A stretch of DNA of 64,000 nt. Source: an uncultured Acidobacteriaceae bacterium. GTDB lineage: Bacteria > Acidobacteriota > Terriglobia > Terriglobales > Acidobacteriaceae. Every line of letters begins with the position of its first letter. Positions within the stretch are counted from its first letter, which is position 1. The translations under genes and the position numbers were made by a program. Shown here one piece after another: positions 28,843 through 38,357 of the stretch. The notes below the pieces were generated by a model that saw only the letters and a list, made by a program, of their open reading frames with translations, had not been told where the DNA came from and made no database searches. The stretch covers positions 34,583-98,582 of the forward strand of contig CAWEGN010000011.1 of the NCBI GenBank assembly GCA_963808805.1, given 5' to 3'.

Positions 28843-29403
28843 TTATGCGTGTGGCGCGTAGACCGGCGGGACGGTTGCGGCCGAATTCCGATCCAGCATC
28901 CGAGAGCAACTCGCGATCTTGCTCCAGTAAATGATCCAGAGAACCAGATACGCGAGCGCCGAGAGCAATCCGATGAAAATCAGGAAGATTACCGGGATGG
29001 CCCAGGTCGGAATGTCCGTTGTCGCTGACTGGCTGTCCACCTTACTCAGTAGGAAAAAAATTAAAAAGGGAAGGATCGCGCACACTGTACAGACGCTCAT
29101 GGCCATGCCAACCGACATCCCCGGTCCGGACTGGGGACTCGGAATCCTCCGCGTCTGAAACTCGTTACCGAGCGATCGCGCCAGCCCCAGCACAACAAAG
29201 AATTGCCAGATGATATTGAACAGTGGTATCAACATCAACCAAACCATCCCCGGCCGCATCGTCCTCGATGGCGCAGAGCATTTCTTGAGCGCCTTGGAAA
29301 GCGTAAGAATGTAAAGAATTCCCAGCACCATCCAAAGCAGGCAGATGATCTTGACGCTCGTGCGAAGGCTCTCGACAAGTTGCACAACGTGGCCTAAGTT
29401 CAT
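28843..29403 (-). CDS. Hypothetical polytopic membrane protein
   Basis: 186 aa with 4-5 hydrophobic segments. Markedly lower GC than the flanks. Confidence 0.55.
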   Translation of the reverse strand: MNLGHVVQLVESLRTSVKIICLLWMVLGILYILTLSKALKKCSAPSRTMRPGMVWLMLIPLFNIIWQFFVVLGLARSLGNEFQTRRIPSPQSGPGMSVGMAMSVCTVCAILPFLIFFLLSKVDSQSATTDIPTWAIPVIFLIFIGLLSALAYLVLWIIYWSKIASCSRMLDRNSAATVPPVYAPHA

Positions 29404-29483
29404 CGTGGTCTCCTTCTATTTTGGAATGTTGCGCGCCATCCTAGTGTGGTGTCCCCGAATTTCGTGACAAAATGAGCGAAGAA

Positions 29484-29543
29484 CAACCGCAGATCCTTCG
29501 ACTCCGTTTGGCCGAAAAACGGCCAAACTCCGCTCAGGATGAC
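29484..29543. repeat. Inverted copy of the GTCATCCTGAGCG...GAAGGATCTGCGGTTG repeat family
   Basis: CAACCGCAGATCCTTCGACTCCGTTTGGCCGAAAAACGGCCAAACTCCGCTCAGGATGAC, with internal hairpin TTTGGCCG-AAAAA-CGGCCAAA. Confidence 0.8.
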
Positions 29544-29737
29544 AACTGGATTTATGATGCGAACTTTGGAGACACCACACTAGCACGGTCCCGCATGTCA
29601 GGCAAACGAATTCGGCGTTGCATGGGTCCGTAAGAAGGGGTACGTCTCGAAATCTTCAAAAGGGGCTTGGCCCCAGGCTGGGTCATAGAATTCGCGGATT
29701 TTGCGAAAAGCACGCGCCAGGAGTTTTTCGGGCCAGC

Positions 29738-29764
29738 AAAAAGCCCGCTGATTCAGCGGGCTTT
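29738..29764 (-). terminator. Rho-independent terminator downstream of tRNA-Glu
   Basis: On the minus strand: GCCCGCTG-AAT-CAGCGGGC followed by TTTTTGCTGG. Confidence 0.7.
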
Positions 29765-29777
29765 CGCGGCCAGTCTC

Positions 29778-29852
29778 TGGTAGCGCTACCGGGAATCGAA
29801 CCCGGGTTTTAAGATTGAGAATCTCACGTCCTAACCCCTAGACGATAGCGCC
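29778..29852 (-). tRNA. tRNA-Glu (anticodon CUC), CCA encoded
   Basis: Folded by hand: acceptor GGCGCTA/TAGCGCT (G1-U72 wobble), D arm GTCTAGGGGTTAGGAC, anticodon loop TTCTCAA, T arm CCGGGTTCGATTCCCGG. Confidence 0.85.
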
Positions 29853-29950
29853 ACTCATTGTGTGGAAGCTGCCTGCGAACGCAGGCAACTCTCTTACTTT
29901 AGCAAAAATACCGCGTCAATCCAATGGCATGACGTGAGATGAAATGCCGC

Positions 29951-30256
29951 TCAAATCCCCAGCTTGCGCACTTCCTCGTTGTAGTACTTGCGGTACAGAA
30001 TGTCCCACTCCTGTGAGCCTTCCAGGATGATCTTCCTCTGGTTGGCGATCTTCTGCCGCGCCATGGCGTCGATCTTCGCCTCCTCGGTGAGCAGAACCTC
30101 CAGCGCCTTGCGCGACTCCTGGCGGATCGTGTTGCGATCCTCGAGGAACCCCACCTGGTCGATCTCGGCCAGCGTGTCGGCAACCGTGTGGGCCATCTTG
30201 TTCAGCTTGTCGCGGCTGATCCTCATGGCGCCGCTCTGCGCTTCCCCGATCCTCAT
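29951..30256 (-). CDS. DUF507-family protein (start possibly ATG 30226)
   Basis: Small helical protein. Tandem with a second DUF507-like ORF, overlapping by 4 nt. Family assignment is from memory. Confidence 0.6.
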   Translation of the reverse strand: MRIGEAQSGAMRISRDKLNKMAHTVADTLAEIDQVGFLEDRNTIRQESRKALEVLLTEEAKIDAMARQKIANQRKIILEGSQEWDILYRKYYNEEVRKLGI

Positions 30257-30531
30257 AGCACCGCCTTGTACTTCTTGGCCAACTCGGTCTTCACTTTTTT
30301 GAACATTTCGGCGTACTGCGCCCCGCTCCTGCGCATCTCCTCGGAGTAGGCGTCCAGAATCACGCGCACTTCCTCGTTGATGCGGTCCTCCAGCGAAAGC
30401 TCGTCGAGCAGGGCCGCGTTGACGCGCTCCTCCGTCACCTTCAGATCGCTGGTAGTGATCATCTTGGCGTCGATGAGGTGCTTGACCGTACGGCGGGCGA
30501 GATACCCAATGTAGTCGCGGGAAAAGATCAT
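30253..30531 (-). CDS. DUF507-family protein
   Basis: 92 aa starting MIFSRDYIGYLARRTVKHLIDAKMI. Paired with the downstream paralog. Confidence 0.6.
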   Translation of the reverse strand: MIFSRDYIGYLARRTVKHLIDAKMITTSDLKVTEERVNAALLDELSLEDRINEEVRVILDAYSEEMRRSGAQYAEMFKKVKTELAKKYKAVL

Positions 30532-30577
30532 GGGTTATAGCTCAGGATAGCGCATTGCACCTCTGTCTGTACATCTG

Positions 30578-33385
30578 TTAAAGGGCATCTTTGTCAGCGT
30601 TTTGCGGCTCGGCGGACGTTTGCGCTGCACTCCTGCCGCTTCTTGTCAAACTTCGCCCCCGCCGCATCAACGCGTAGTATGGCTGGTTCGAAAGCGTCGC
30701 ATTGAATAACGGTTCGAGCCGCGTGGCGCCGTTTTTTGCCTCCATGTCGAAGTAGTATTCGAGTGGAAAATCGGACTGCGTGTAGTCGGCCGGAATCGCC
30801 GCGGTGAAGCTCTCTCCATCCTGCTGCATGTCCACCTGCTTCCACCGCTCGGCCTGGTCGGTATGCCGGTAGTGCAGGCGCATCGAGGTGACTTCGCCCG
30901 CGACCAGGACCGCCACCGGCAGCGCAAGCGGTGCGCCGGCCTCAAAGCTCACCGGCGGGTAATGCACGCACGCTGCGAGCGGCCGGCCCGGCCTGCCGGT
31001 TGCGGCGCCGATCGCGATCCGTGTATCTTCGGTTGATACATCGGTTCGTCCCACACTCTTGATCTGCTCCGCCAGCGCCTCGAGGTCCTTGTCGATCTCG
31101 CTCAGCCGGTCGCTCCAGTGCCCGCGCCGCATGGGTACGCTGCCATACGAAATGTCCGCCCGATAGACAACTGCCGCGCGCGCCGCCATGTCCGCCCACG
31201 CTTCGCGCGCCATCCTGTACTCGTCCAACGCTTCCCGGCCCGCGTTTATATCCTGCGACTGCTCAAATATCGCGTACAGCACGCCACCGCGCAGCTTGGT
31301 CGCAAAAAAACGTCCCAGCCCGATCTGAATCTCCACGTCCGCTTCCATCCGCCGGAACGCCGCCGACCGCCGTGCAATGGTCCTGCGGCGCGCGTCATCC
31401 AGCGCAGTGCTCGCGGCGTTCGCGCAATCCTCCATCCACTGCGCCACCTCGATCGGCGAGTACCTGGGATTCGCGGCGTTCGCGAGCAGATCCGCGGCGT
31501 GATCGTCGATGGTCGCGAATAGTTGCGGATCGAGCGGGCTCACGGTTCCGAAACACCTGGGCTCCGGCGTGTCGCTATACGGCGAAGGCTCGCTGCCGCG
31601 CACGATCGGCATATTGGCGTAAATCTCGGGCCAGAACGAGTGATTCGATGCCGAAGGCAGGTGCGCCGAGGTGAGCAGCGGCAGAATCCGGCTGGCATTC
31701 GCGACGGCTGTCTCCGCCGCCATCGTACCCGCTCCAAACTGCGTCCGCATCCAGCGCCGCCACGCCTCAGGGTTTGCGTCGGGATCGTAGAGCCGCCGTC
31801 CCCACACGCGATAGTAGAGCTCGAACTTCTGCCAATCGTATTTGGGATTGAGCGCCGCATCGGCATACGCGCATCGCCCACCGGGTTGCCCTGAGCCTTC
31901 CCTGCCCTTGAAGGTCAACGGCTCCATCAGATCCAGCCCTACGGCGCCGCAAAAATGCGCCGTGCGCCCGTAGGCCGCCGCCATCTCGGGATCCGCACTC
32001 AACAAATGCCGCTGCGTACCTGGCCACAGGCGGAAGAGCAACTTGTAGGGTGCGCCAGCCGTTAGGAAATCCGCGTAGCCGTAGCGCGTAAACGAGCGCG
32101 CGCCCGAGCTCAGGCTGAACGGTCCCTCGCCTGTGTGCCCGGGTTTGGGAATCTCCAGCGCGCGGATGTCGGCCTGCTGGTAGCCGAGGCTCTGGTGCTC
32201 GGCCGCATACTTCGCGCCCAGCTTCACCGGCATGCCCGTAGCCACGGCGATCGAGATCATCTTCTCGTCCACGCCTTTGGCGTGCATATCAATCTCGATG
32301 GTGCGGCCGCAGCCCGTGACAGCCTCGAACAGCGTCTGCCAGAAATCGTAACGGCCCTCGGGTATGCCGCTCTCGCCGTGCACACGCATCGTCAAACCCT
32401 GGATCTCAGGACATTCCTTCAGCAGCATCGCCAGCGCGTCGCGGCAGTAATTCGCATGCGTATCGGAAGTGAGTCCTTCGATGCGGTGATAGGCATTGGG
32501 GCTGTCGGTCCACTGGTAGGCGTGCGTCCAGATTCCCAGCTGGAAGTGCAATCCGCGCGCCGCGGTCTGCGCGGCAATGAATTTGAGCGCATCCAGATTC
32601 ATCTGCCGTTCGTGATCGCTGAGCACAACCGGCGCCGGCAGCACCGTGCCGTCAGGCGCGGCAAGCTGCATCACGTGCACGCCGTACCCTGGAACCTTGA
32701 GGAGATACGGATAAGGAAAGTGCAGATAATCGTCCGTGACCCCCTTCGGGAAGTCATATTCGATCCCGAACGCAAGACAGAAGCGGTTGAAGCGGCTCGC
32801 CGCAAGCACGTCGAGATACCCGATCCAGAAATCGCGGTCGTAGAGCCACGGCTTGTCTTCCACTTCACTGCAGAAGTAGCGTCCCACGCTACGCAGTTCG
32901 TTGGCCGGCTTCTCCAGAATCGGCTGCGCCATATGCAGCGCCACGCGCGGATCGGCTCCGAACGCAACGCGCTCCGCGAGTTCCAGCAGCCCATAAACGT
33001 AGCCGCGCACGTCACCGCCGGAGACGATTGTTGCCGGCATCCCGGCAAACCGGCCCGGCGACAAGCTAAAACTCTCAGCGCCGGCCTGCCATCCGGGCGC
33101 GTGCGAGGCGTTCTGCGGCGGCACAAGTCCCGTGGAGTTCACCAGCACATAGAACCCCGTTCCGTACACGCGTTCAGTGGAACTCGTTATCCGGCACGAT
33201 CTGCCTTTAGCGGCAATTGCTCCGCGGAGCTGGTCCGCGGCCCATCGCACGGCCGGCGCGCCGGCCACGGGATCGTTCCCGTCGATTGCAATCGCGTAGC
33301 CGTGTCCCGCCTGCGCCAGCGCGCCCTCCGCAACGCTCGCCGCCGAAACCGCCGCCGCCACCTTCAAAAATTCTCTGCGCTTCAT
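30578..33385 (-). CDS. Tat-signal secreted large protein, putative glycoside-hydrolase-like (function unknown)
   Basis: Twin-arginine signal MKRREFLKVAAAVSAAS; 935 aa. The central region looks like a TIM barrel. Only a weak recollection of GH67/GH20b-like architecture. Confidence 0.5.
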   Translation of the reverse strand: MKRREFLKVAAAVSAASVAEGALAQAGHGYAIAIDGNDPVAGAPAVRWAADQLRGAIAAKGRSCRITSSTERVYGTGFYVLVNSTGLVPPQNASHAPGWQAGAESFSLSPGRFAGMPATIVSGGDVRGYVYGLLELAERVAFGADPRVALHMAQPILEKPANELRSVGRYFCSEVEDKPWLYDRDFWIGYLDVLAASRFNRFCLAFGIEYDFPKGVTDDYLHFPYPYLLKVPGYGVHVMQLAAPDGTVLPAPVVLSDHERQMNLDALKFIAAQTAARGLHFQLGIWTHAYQWTDSPNAYHRIEGLTSDTHANYCRDALAMLLKECPEIQGLTMRVHGESGIPEGRYDFWQTLFEAVTGCGRTIEIDMHAKGVDEKMISIAVATGMPVKLGAKYAAEHQSLGYQQADIRALEIPKPGHTGEGPFSLSSGARSFTRYGYADFLTAGAPYKLLFRLWPGTQRHLLSADPEMAAAYGRTAHFCGAVGLDLMEPLTFKGREGSGQPGGRCAYADAALNPKYDWQKFELYYRVWGRRLYDPDANPEAWRRWMRTQFGAGTMAAETAVANASRILPLLTSAHLPSASNHSFWPEIYANMPIVRGSEPSPYSDTPEPRCFGTVSPLDPQLFATIDDHAADLLANAANPRYSPIEVAQWMEDCANAASTALDDARRRTIARRSAAFRRMEADVEIQIGLGRFFATKLRGGVLYAIFEQSQDINAGREALDEYRMAREAWADMAARAAVVYRADISYGSVPMRRGHWSDRLSEIDKDLEALAEQIKSVGRTDVSTEDTRIAIGAATGRPGRPLAACVHYPPVSFEAGAPLALPVAVLVAGEVTSMRLHYRHTDQAERWKQVDMQQDGESFTAAIPADYTQSDFPLEYYFDMEAKNGATRLEPLFNATLSNQPYYALMRRGRSLTRSGRSAAQTSAEPQNADKDAL

Positions 33386-33422
33386 CGCAAATCCCGGCTC
33401 CGGCTTGCTCCGCTCCTTAGCG

Positions 33423-33457
33423 CCCTAGTCCCTATGTCCCTATGTCCCTAGTCCCTC
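33423..33457. repeat. Heptamer array (CCCTAGT/CCCTATG units)
   Basis: CCCTAGTCCCTATGTCCCTATGTCCCTAGTCCCTC. Supplies the stop codon and last codons of the ferredoxin gene. Confidence 0.85.
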
Positions 33458-33831
33458 TTCCGATGCGGGCAGCTCTTCGTATTCAGGCACTCTTCGGCCA
33501 TGCGCAGCCGCTCTACCGGCCGTCCGCCTACCAGATGTTCCTGCACGATCTCCTCGGCATCCTCTGGCCGCACATTCGAGTACCACACCGCCTCCGGGTA
33601 CACCACCACCGTCGGTCCGTGCTCGCACTGGTCCAGGCAGCCGGACTTGTTGATCCGCACCCTGGCGCCCAGCCCAGCCTCGCGGCAGAGTTGCTGCAGC
33701 CGCGCATGCAGTTCGCTTTTTCCATCGGCGGTGCAGGAGGGCCGTGGCGCTCCAGCGGGGCGGGTGTTGTGGCAGACAAAGACATGGTACTCAAACGCGG
33801 GCAAGCGTCGATCCTCCTCGATTAAGTCCAC
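33448..33831 (-). CDS. Thioredoxin-like [2Fe-2S] ferredoxin
   Basis: Cys pattern FVCHNTR..SC....GCLDQCEHGP, typical of the 2Fe-2S thioredoxin-like family; 127 aa. Confidence 0.75.
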   Translation of the reverse strand: MDLIEEDRRLPAFEYHVFVCHNTRPAGAPRPSCTADGKSELHARLQQLCREAGLGARVRINKSGCLDQCEHGPTVVVYPEAVWYSNVRPEDAEEIVQEHLVGGRPVERLRMAEECLNTKSCPHRKRD

Positions 33832-34132
33832 TCCAGAGTAACAACTTCGCGCCGCGCGCGGTGCCCAGTTCCGAGCGAGTTTGAATTTGCTTTGAAGGGT
33901 GCGGGCTTCATCCGTACGTCAAGCCACTCGAAAGGAAACAGACTTTAGGCCTTGTGGAAATGCCGCATCAAAGCTCCGGCGCCCCGGAATTGCTCCGGCG
34001 GCGTTTTTACTGCCCCTTTAGCCCGCCTTGGCCAATCGAGCCTTTCCACAGCCGCTACCCTCCAAACTGGCAAAGTTTCTCTTTCATCCCATGTCCCACC
34101 CCGCCCCCATCTGCGAGAATGAGGGATTGACG

Positions 34133-34612
34133 ATGAGCACCGACAACCTACTCTCGCTGAAAGACGACATGGTGGCCTTTATTGAGGGCCACGGCTTGCG
34201 CCGACTGCCCGGCTACGTCACCGAGGACATTCCCTCCATCCTCTGGGAGGGCCGCGGCAATCCTGACGCATGGAAGGACTTTGTGGAGATGGCCAAACAC
34301 GCGGGCGCTCCCTTTATCACCTTTAGCGAAATGACGCTGGACCTTGAGGAGCTCGACGCCCTCATCGAGGAAGCCGGCGAGATGAACTTCCCCGACGAGG
34401 AAGCCGCCGAACTCGTCGAAGCCAATTGGCTGCGCAAGTACGCCGGCAAGCTCGGCTACATTCAGCTTGGCTTCATCTACCAAGGCATTATCTTTCTACA
34501 CGAAACCACCACCGAGTGGTATGAGCGTTACCAGGCGCTGCTCGAAAACATCGAGAGCTTTCACGACATCGTCATCGACGACGCCCACTCGCACGACGAC
34601 GAGGACGAGTAA
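34133..34612 (+). CDS. Hypothetical acidic cytoplasmic protein
   Basis: GAGGGA lies upstream of ATG 34133. 159 aa with an acidic tail ..HSHDDEDE. No family recognised. Confidence 0.55.
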   Translation: MSTDNLLSLKDDMVAFIEGHGLRRLPGYVTEDIPSILWEGRGNPDAWKDFVEMAKHAGAPFITFSEMTLDLEELDALIEEAGEMNFPDEEAAELVEANWLRKYAGKLGYIQLGFIYQGIIFLHETTTEWYERYQALLENIESFHDIVIDDAHSHDDEDE

Positions 34613-34617
34613 TCCGT

Positions 34618-36531
34618 GTGAGCGCAGCCGGGGCTGGGAATCAAACTACTGCCGCAAATGGCGACCGCAGGCCCTCGAATGGACCGCCGCAGCGCTGGAT
34701 CCTCGCCGAACCGCACCCCGAACAAGCCGCTGTCCTCGCCCGCGAAGCGCGTCTGCCGCTCGTCCTCGCGGAACTCCTCGTCGCGCGCGGCATCGCTTCA
34801 GCCGCTGAGGCTTTCGCTTTCCTGAGCCCCGAGCCCGCCCATCTTCACGACCCGTTTCTCATGCTCGGTATGTCAGCCGCCGTCGAGCGCCTTGAATGCG
34901 CCGTCGCCGCGCACGAGCCTATACTTCTCTACGGCGACTACGACGTGGACGGAACCGTAGCCGTCGTCCTGCTCAAAACCGCCATCGAAATGCTCGGCGG
35001 CGTGGTGCGCTTCCATGTTCCCCATCGCCTGCGCGAAGGCTACGGCATGCAGTCGAGCGTGCTGGAAGCGGCCTACGCCGAGGGCGTCCGCGTCGTTGTC
35101 ACCGTCGATACCGGCATGAGGGCCTTCGCTGAAGCGGAAACCGCGCGCCGCCTCGGCCTCGACCTCATCGTCACCGACCATCACCTGCCGGCCGGAGCCG
35201 GGGCGCCATTTGGGCCAGACAGGTCTTCGTCCGTGGGGAGTGGTGCCGCCCACGACGCCGTTCCCGCCGCGCTCGCTATCCTCAATCCCAATCAGTCCGG
35301 CTGCTCCTACCCGGAGAAATCCCTCTGCGGCGCCGCCATCGCGCTCAAGCTCGCGCAGGCCTTGCTCGAGCGCCGCGATCCAACCCGCGCACGCGAGAAG
35401 ACACTGCCTAGTTTTCTCAAGATGGCGGCCATCGCTACCATCGCCGACGCCGTTCCCCTCTGCGGCGAAAATCGTACCATCGCCGCCCTCGGCCTGCGCG
35501 AGCTGCGCCGTCCCGTTGGCGCAGGCCTCCGCGCGCTCTTCGCCGCCGCCGCGCTCGACCCCGCCTCGAAGCAGCTCACCGGCTTCGACGTCGCCTTCCG
35601 CCTCGCCCCGCGCATCAACGCCGCCGGCCGCATGGACGTCGCCACCGACGTCGTCGAGCTTTTCTCCACGCGCGACTCCCATCGCGCTGCCGATCTTGCC
35701 GCCAAGCTCGATCGCCTCAACCGCGAGCGCCGCGACGTCGAGGCCGCCGCGCTCACCGCCATCGAGGCCCGCCTCGCGTCCGACGCCGAGATCGCAGCCG
35801 ACCGCCTGCTCGTCGTCGACGGCGAAGGCTGGCATCGCGGCGTCATCGGCATCCTCGCCTCGCGCGTTGTCGAGCGCACCGCCAAGCCCGCCATCGTCGT
35901 CAGCGTCGAGGATGGCATCGCCTATGGCTCTGGCCGCTCTGTCAACGGCTTCCCGCTCCTGGCCGCCATCGAATCCTGCGCAGATCTTTTCACCCGCTTC
36001 GGCGGCCACGCATTCGCTGTCGGCTTCGCCTTGCCCGCGGAAAAGCTTCCCGGCCTCAGGCGCCGCCTGCGCGCCTACGCGGAAGAGCACCTCGCCGCGC
36101 GTGAGCCCGAGCGCCTTTTGCGCATTCACGCCGAACTGCCGCTCGACCGCATCACGCCCGTGCTCGCCGGATTCCTCCGCAAACTCGAACCCCTCGGCCA
36201 CGGCAACCCCGAGCCCGTATTCCTCGCCCGCGGCGCGCGCCTGCTCTCCGCGCCGCGCATCATGAAGAGCCGCCACCTCGCGCTCGACCTCGCGCAGGTC
36301 GCCGCGGCGACCGCATCCCCGCCCGACGGTTCCTCAACTCGCCTGCCCGCCAGCCCAGCGCCCTCGAGCTCCATTCGCGCAGTCGGATGGAACCTCGCCG
36401 AGCGCGCCATGGTACTCCGGCTTGAGCGAGGCAGCCTCATCGATCTCGCCTACCGCATCCGCGAAAATGACCATCCCGACTTCGGCGGCCTCGAGATCGA
36501 GATCCTGGGAATCGAACCGGCGCGTGCGTGA
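34618..36531 (+). CDS. recJ: Single-stranded-DNA-specific exonuclease RecJ
   Basis: DHH-family motifs GDYDVDG, VVTVDTG, IVTDHH, plus the DHHA1 region GGHAFAVG. GTG start assumed. Confidence 0.88.
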   Translation: MSAAGAGNQTTAANGDRRPSNGPPQRWILAEPHPEQAAVLAREARLPLVLAELLVARGIASAAEAFAFLSPEPAHLHDPFLMLGMSAAVERLECAVAAHEPILLYGDYDVDGTVAVVLLKTAIEMLGGVVRFHVPHRLREGYGMQSSVLEAAYAEGVRVVVTVDTGMRAFAEAETARRLGLDLIVTDHHLPAGAGAPFGPDRSSSVGSGAAHDAVPAALAILNPNQSGCSYPEKSLCGAAIALKLAQALLERRDPTRAREKTLPSFLKMAAIATIADAVPLCGENRTIAALGLRELRRPVGAGLRALFAAAALDPASKQLTGFDVAFRLAPRINAAGRMDVATDVVELFSTRDSHRAADLAAKLDRLNRERRDVEAAALTAIEARLASDAEIAADRLLVVDGEGWHRGVIGILASRVVERTAKPAIVVSVEDGIAYGSGRSVNGFPLLAAIESCADLFTRFGGHAFAVGFALPAEKLPGLRRRLRAYAEEHLAAREPERLLRIHAELPLDRITPVLAGFLRKLEPLGHGNPEPVFLARGARLLSAPRIMKSRHLALDLAQVAAATASPPDGSSTRLPASPAPSSSIRAVGWNLAERAMVLRLERGSLIDLAYRIRENDHPDFGGLEIEILGIEPARA

Positions 36532-36580
36532 CCGTCAAGGAGCGCCGCCGTCCGCCCGCTCGGCATTATTCGCCCCCACC

Positions 36581-36625
36581 AGAAACAAAAAGGCCCTCCG
36601 CATCGCGGAGAGCCTTCCGTTTCCT
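36581..36625. terminator. Bidirectional hairpin terminator between convergent recJ and rplK
   Basis: GGCCCTCCG-CATC-GCGGAGAGCC at 36592-36614. It has an A-run upstream and TTCCGTTT downstream, giving a T-tract on the minus strand (..GGGCCTTTTTGTTTCT). Confidence 0.6.
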
Positions 36626-36643
36626 GCCAGACGAAGCAGCCGC

Positions 36644-37081
36644 TTATGCCACCACTTCAATCCCCATTGATCGCGCCGTCCCCTTGATGCTCTTCACCGC
36701 CGCGTCAACTGACGCCGCGTTCAAATCCGGCATCTTCTGCGTGGCGATCTCGCGCACCTGTTTCTCCGTCACCTTGCCCTTCTTCTCTTTGTTCGGAGTG
36801 CCCGATCCCTTCTCGATCCCCGCCGCCTTCTTCAGCAGCACCGCTGCCGGAGGCGTCTTGGTCACGAAGCTGAAGGTGCGATCCGCGTAAACCGTGATGA
36901 CGACCGGAATAATCAGCCCGGCCTGGTCCTTGTTCTGCGTCTTGGCGTTGAACTGCTTGCAGAACTCCATGATGTTCACCTGCGCCTGGCCCAGCGCGGG
37001 GCCGACCGGCGGCGCCGGCGTCGCCTTCCCGGCTTCGATCTGCAACTTCACATAGCCAGTAATCTTCTTCGGAGGTGCCAT
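36644..37081 (-). CDS. rplK: 50S ribosomal protein L11
   Basis: [32 protein letters not shown]. Confidence 0.95.
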   Translation of the reverse strand: MAPPKKITGYVKLQIEAGKATPAPPVGPALGQAQVNIMEFCKQFNAKTQNKDQAGLIIPVVITVYADRTFSFVTKTPPAAVLLKKAAGIEKGSGTPNKEKKGKVTEKQVREIATQKMPDLNAASVDAAVKSIKGTARSMGIEVVA

Positions 37082-37096
37082 TTTGTTCCTTCGGAA

Positions 37097-37237
37097 CCAG
37101 CTTCCAGCTTCTAGCCGCTAGCTGCTAGCTCATCCTTTTTGTTACAAATTTTGAGATCGAAACCCTCAGCTTTGCCCCAACCGGCCCCGCTAGACGATGA
37201 ACCGGCTAGAAGCTAGGAGCTAGAAGCTAGAAGCTCG
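37097..37237. repeat. Inverted CTAG-heptamer arm pair (37097-37131 / 37204-37237) with ~72-nt core
   Basis: Arms are CCAGCTTCCAGCTTCTAGCCGCTAGCTGCTAGCTC and GGCTAGAAGCTAGGAGCTAGAAGCTAGAAGCTCG. Occupies the nusG-rplK spacer. Confidence 0.88.
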
Positions 37238-37239
37238 CT

Positions 37240-37890
37240 TTACTCAATCTTTTCCACCTTGCCAAACTCCAGTTCCACCGGCGTCGACCGCCCGAAGATC
37301 GTCACCATCACCTTCAGTGTCTCGCGGTCTTCGTTGATCTCGTCCACCACGCCGTTGAAGTTGGCGAACGGCCCGTCGGTGATGCGCACCTGCTCGCCCT
37401 TCTCAAACTTGAGCTTCATCCGCGGCTTGTCTTTGACCGTCTCTGAGCGGAAGAGAATCGAACTCACCTCTTCCTCGCTCAGCGCCACGGGCTTGTCGCC
37501 GGTGCCCAGAAATCCCGTTACCTTGGGCGTGTCCTTCAGCACGTGCCAAAGGTCGTTGTCCAGTTCCATCTCCACCAACACGTAACCGGGCAGAAACACC
37601 CGCTCCACAGTGCGCTTCTTGCCGTTGATGATCTCCGTCACCGGTTCGGTGGGAATCATCACGCGCCCCACGCGTTCCTTCAGCCCAAAGGCCTGCACGC
37701 GGCTCTCGATCGACTCCCGCACCTTGCGCTCGAAGCCCGAGTAGGCGTGCAGTATGTACCACCGGAAGCGCTCGTTCCGCTGCGGCCGCGCCTCTGCTTC
37801 GCCCGCCTGCGCCTCCGCCTCGGCCTGCGTTTCTACCGCTGCCGGTGCTTCTACCTGCGCCTCTACGGGTTGTTCCAACTCATCTGCCAT
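37240..37890 (-). CDS. nusG: Transcription termination/antitermination factor NusG (acidic N-terminal extension)
   Basis: NGN region WYILHAYSGFERKV and KOW motif GEQVRITDGPFANFNGVV. Confidence 0.93.
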   Translation of the reverse strand: MADELEQPVEAQVEAPAAVETQAEAEAQAGEAEARPQRNERFRWYILHAYSGFERKVRESIESRVQAFGLKERVGRVMIPTEPVTEIINGKKRTVERVFLPGYVLVEMELDNDLWHVLKDTPKVTGFLGTGDKPVALSEEEVSSILFRSETVKDKPRMKLKFEKGEQVRITDGPFANFNGVVDEINEDRETLKVMVTIFGRSTPVELEFGKVEKIE

Positions 37891-37917
37891 TCTGCTCTCG
37901 ATTCCGTGCTGCGCCGG

Positions 37918-38226
37918 TTACTGCGATCCGCCCAGCAGGCTCAATATCCCATGCGGCCCCATTATGGCGGTTTTGAAAATGAAGTCGACGATGAAGAAGA
38001 ACAACCCAAACAGGAAGGTCGCCACGATCACCACGCCCGTCGTCACCCTCACTTCCTTCCACCCTGGCCAAACCACCTTGCGCATCTCCGCGCGTACATC
38101 GCGCAGAAAGTCCGTAAACTCGCTCCACTTGCTCAGCGCGCCGCCCCCAAACTCGGCCAGGGCCCCAGGCTCCTGCCGTTTCGCGGACCGTTCTTCGCCT
38201 CTCTCGATTGCCGTTTTCGTCGCCAT
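37918..38226 (-). CDS. secE: Preprotein translocase subunit SecE
   Basis: ..FLRDVRAEMRKVVWPGWKEV followed by a single C-terminal TM. Conserved tRNA-Trp/secE/nusG synteny. Confidence 0.88.
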   Translation of the reverse strand: MATKTAIERGEERSAKRQEPGALAEFGGGALSKWSEFTDFLRDVRAEMRKVVWPGWKEVRVTTGVVIVATFLFGLFFFIVDFIFKTAIMGPHGILSLLGGSQ

Positions 38227-38239
38227 ATTTCCAACCCTT

Positions 38240-38349
38240 CTTCAGCCTTCAGCCGTCAGCCTTCAGCTTCATCCCGCTTGCGCTTGCCTCATCCGCTCCA
38301 TCCACCGTTGCAAAAGCTGAGAGCTGAAAGCTGACAGCTAATAGCTGTC
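38240..38349. repeat. Inverted heptamer arm pair using CTTCAGC / AGCTGAN units
   Basis: Left arm at 38240-38270 is CTTCAGC CTTCAGC CGTCAGC CTTCAGC. Right arm at 38315-38349 is AGCTGAG AGCTGAA AGCTGAC AGCTAAT AGCTGTC. They are complementary by eye. Confidence 0.88.
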
Positions 38350-38357
38350 TCTCAAAC

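Noticed and set aside
29853-29950. Promoter call upstream of tRNA-Glu (minus strand TTGACG-N17-TAAGAG), plus other -35/-10-like hexamers at 9571-9610, 25693-25783 and 42115-42150
   Set aside because: The matches to the sigma-70 consensus are weak. The promoter consensus for this phylum is not known to me, so there is not enough support to list them as features.
34873-36276. Long antisense or alternative-frame ORFs opposite well-supported genes. Examples: 34873-36276 versus recJ; 4192-5139 versus the LysR gene; 45741-46661 and 46678-47901; 8439-9494 versus the UbiA-family gene; 17846-19114 versus the BNR gene; 32135-33451; 52698-53882; 53858-54814 versus queA; 56670-57806 versus polA; 60042-60848 versus argD
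   Set aside because: High GC content suppresses stop codons in non-coding frames. These ORFs have Arg/Gly/Ala-rich, motif-free translations, while the opposite or other frame carries clear family motifs.
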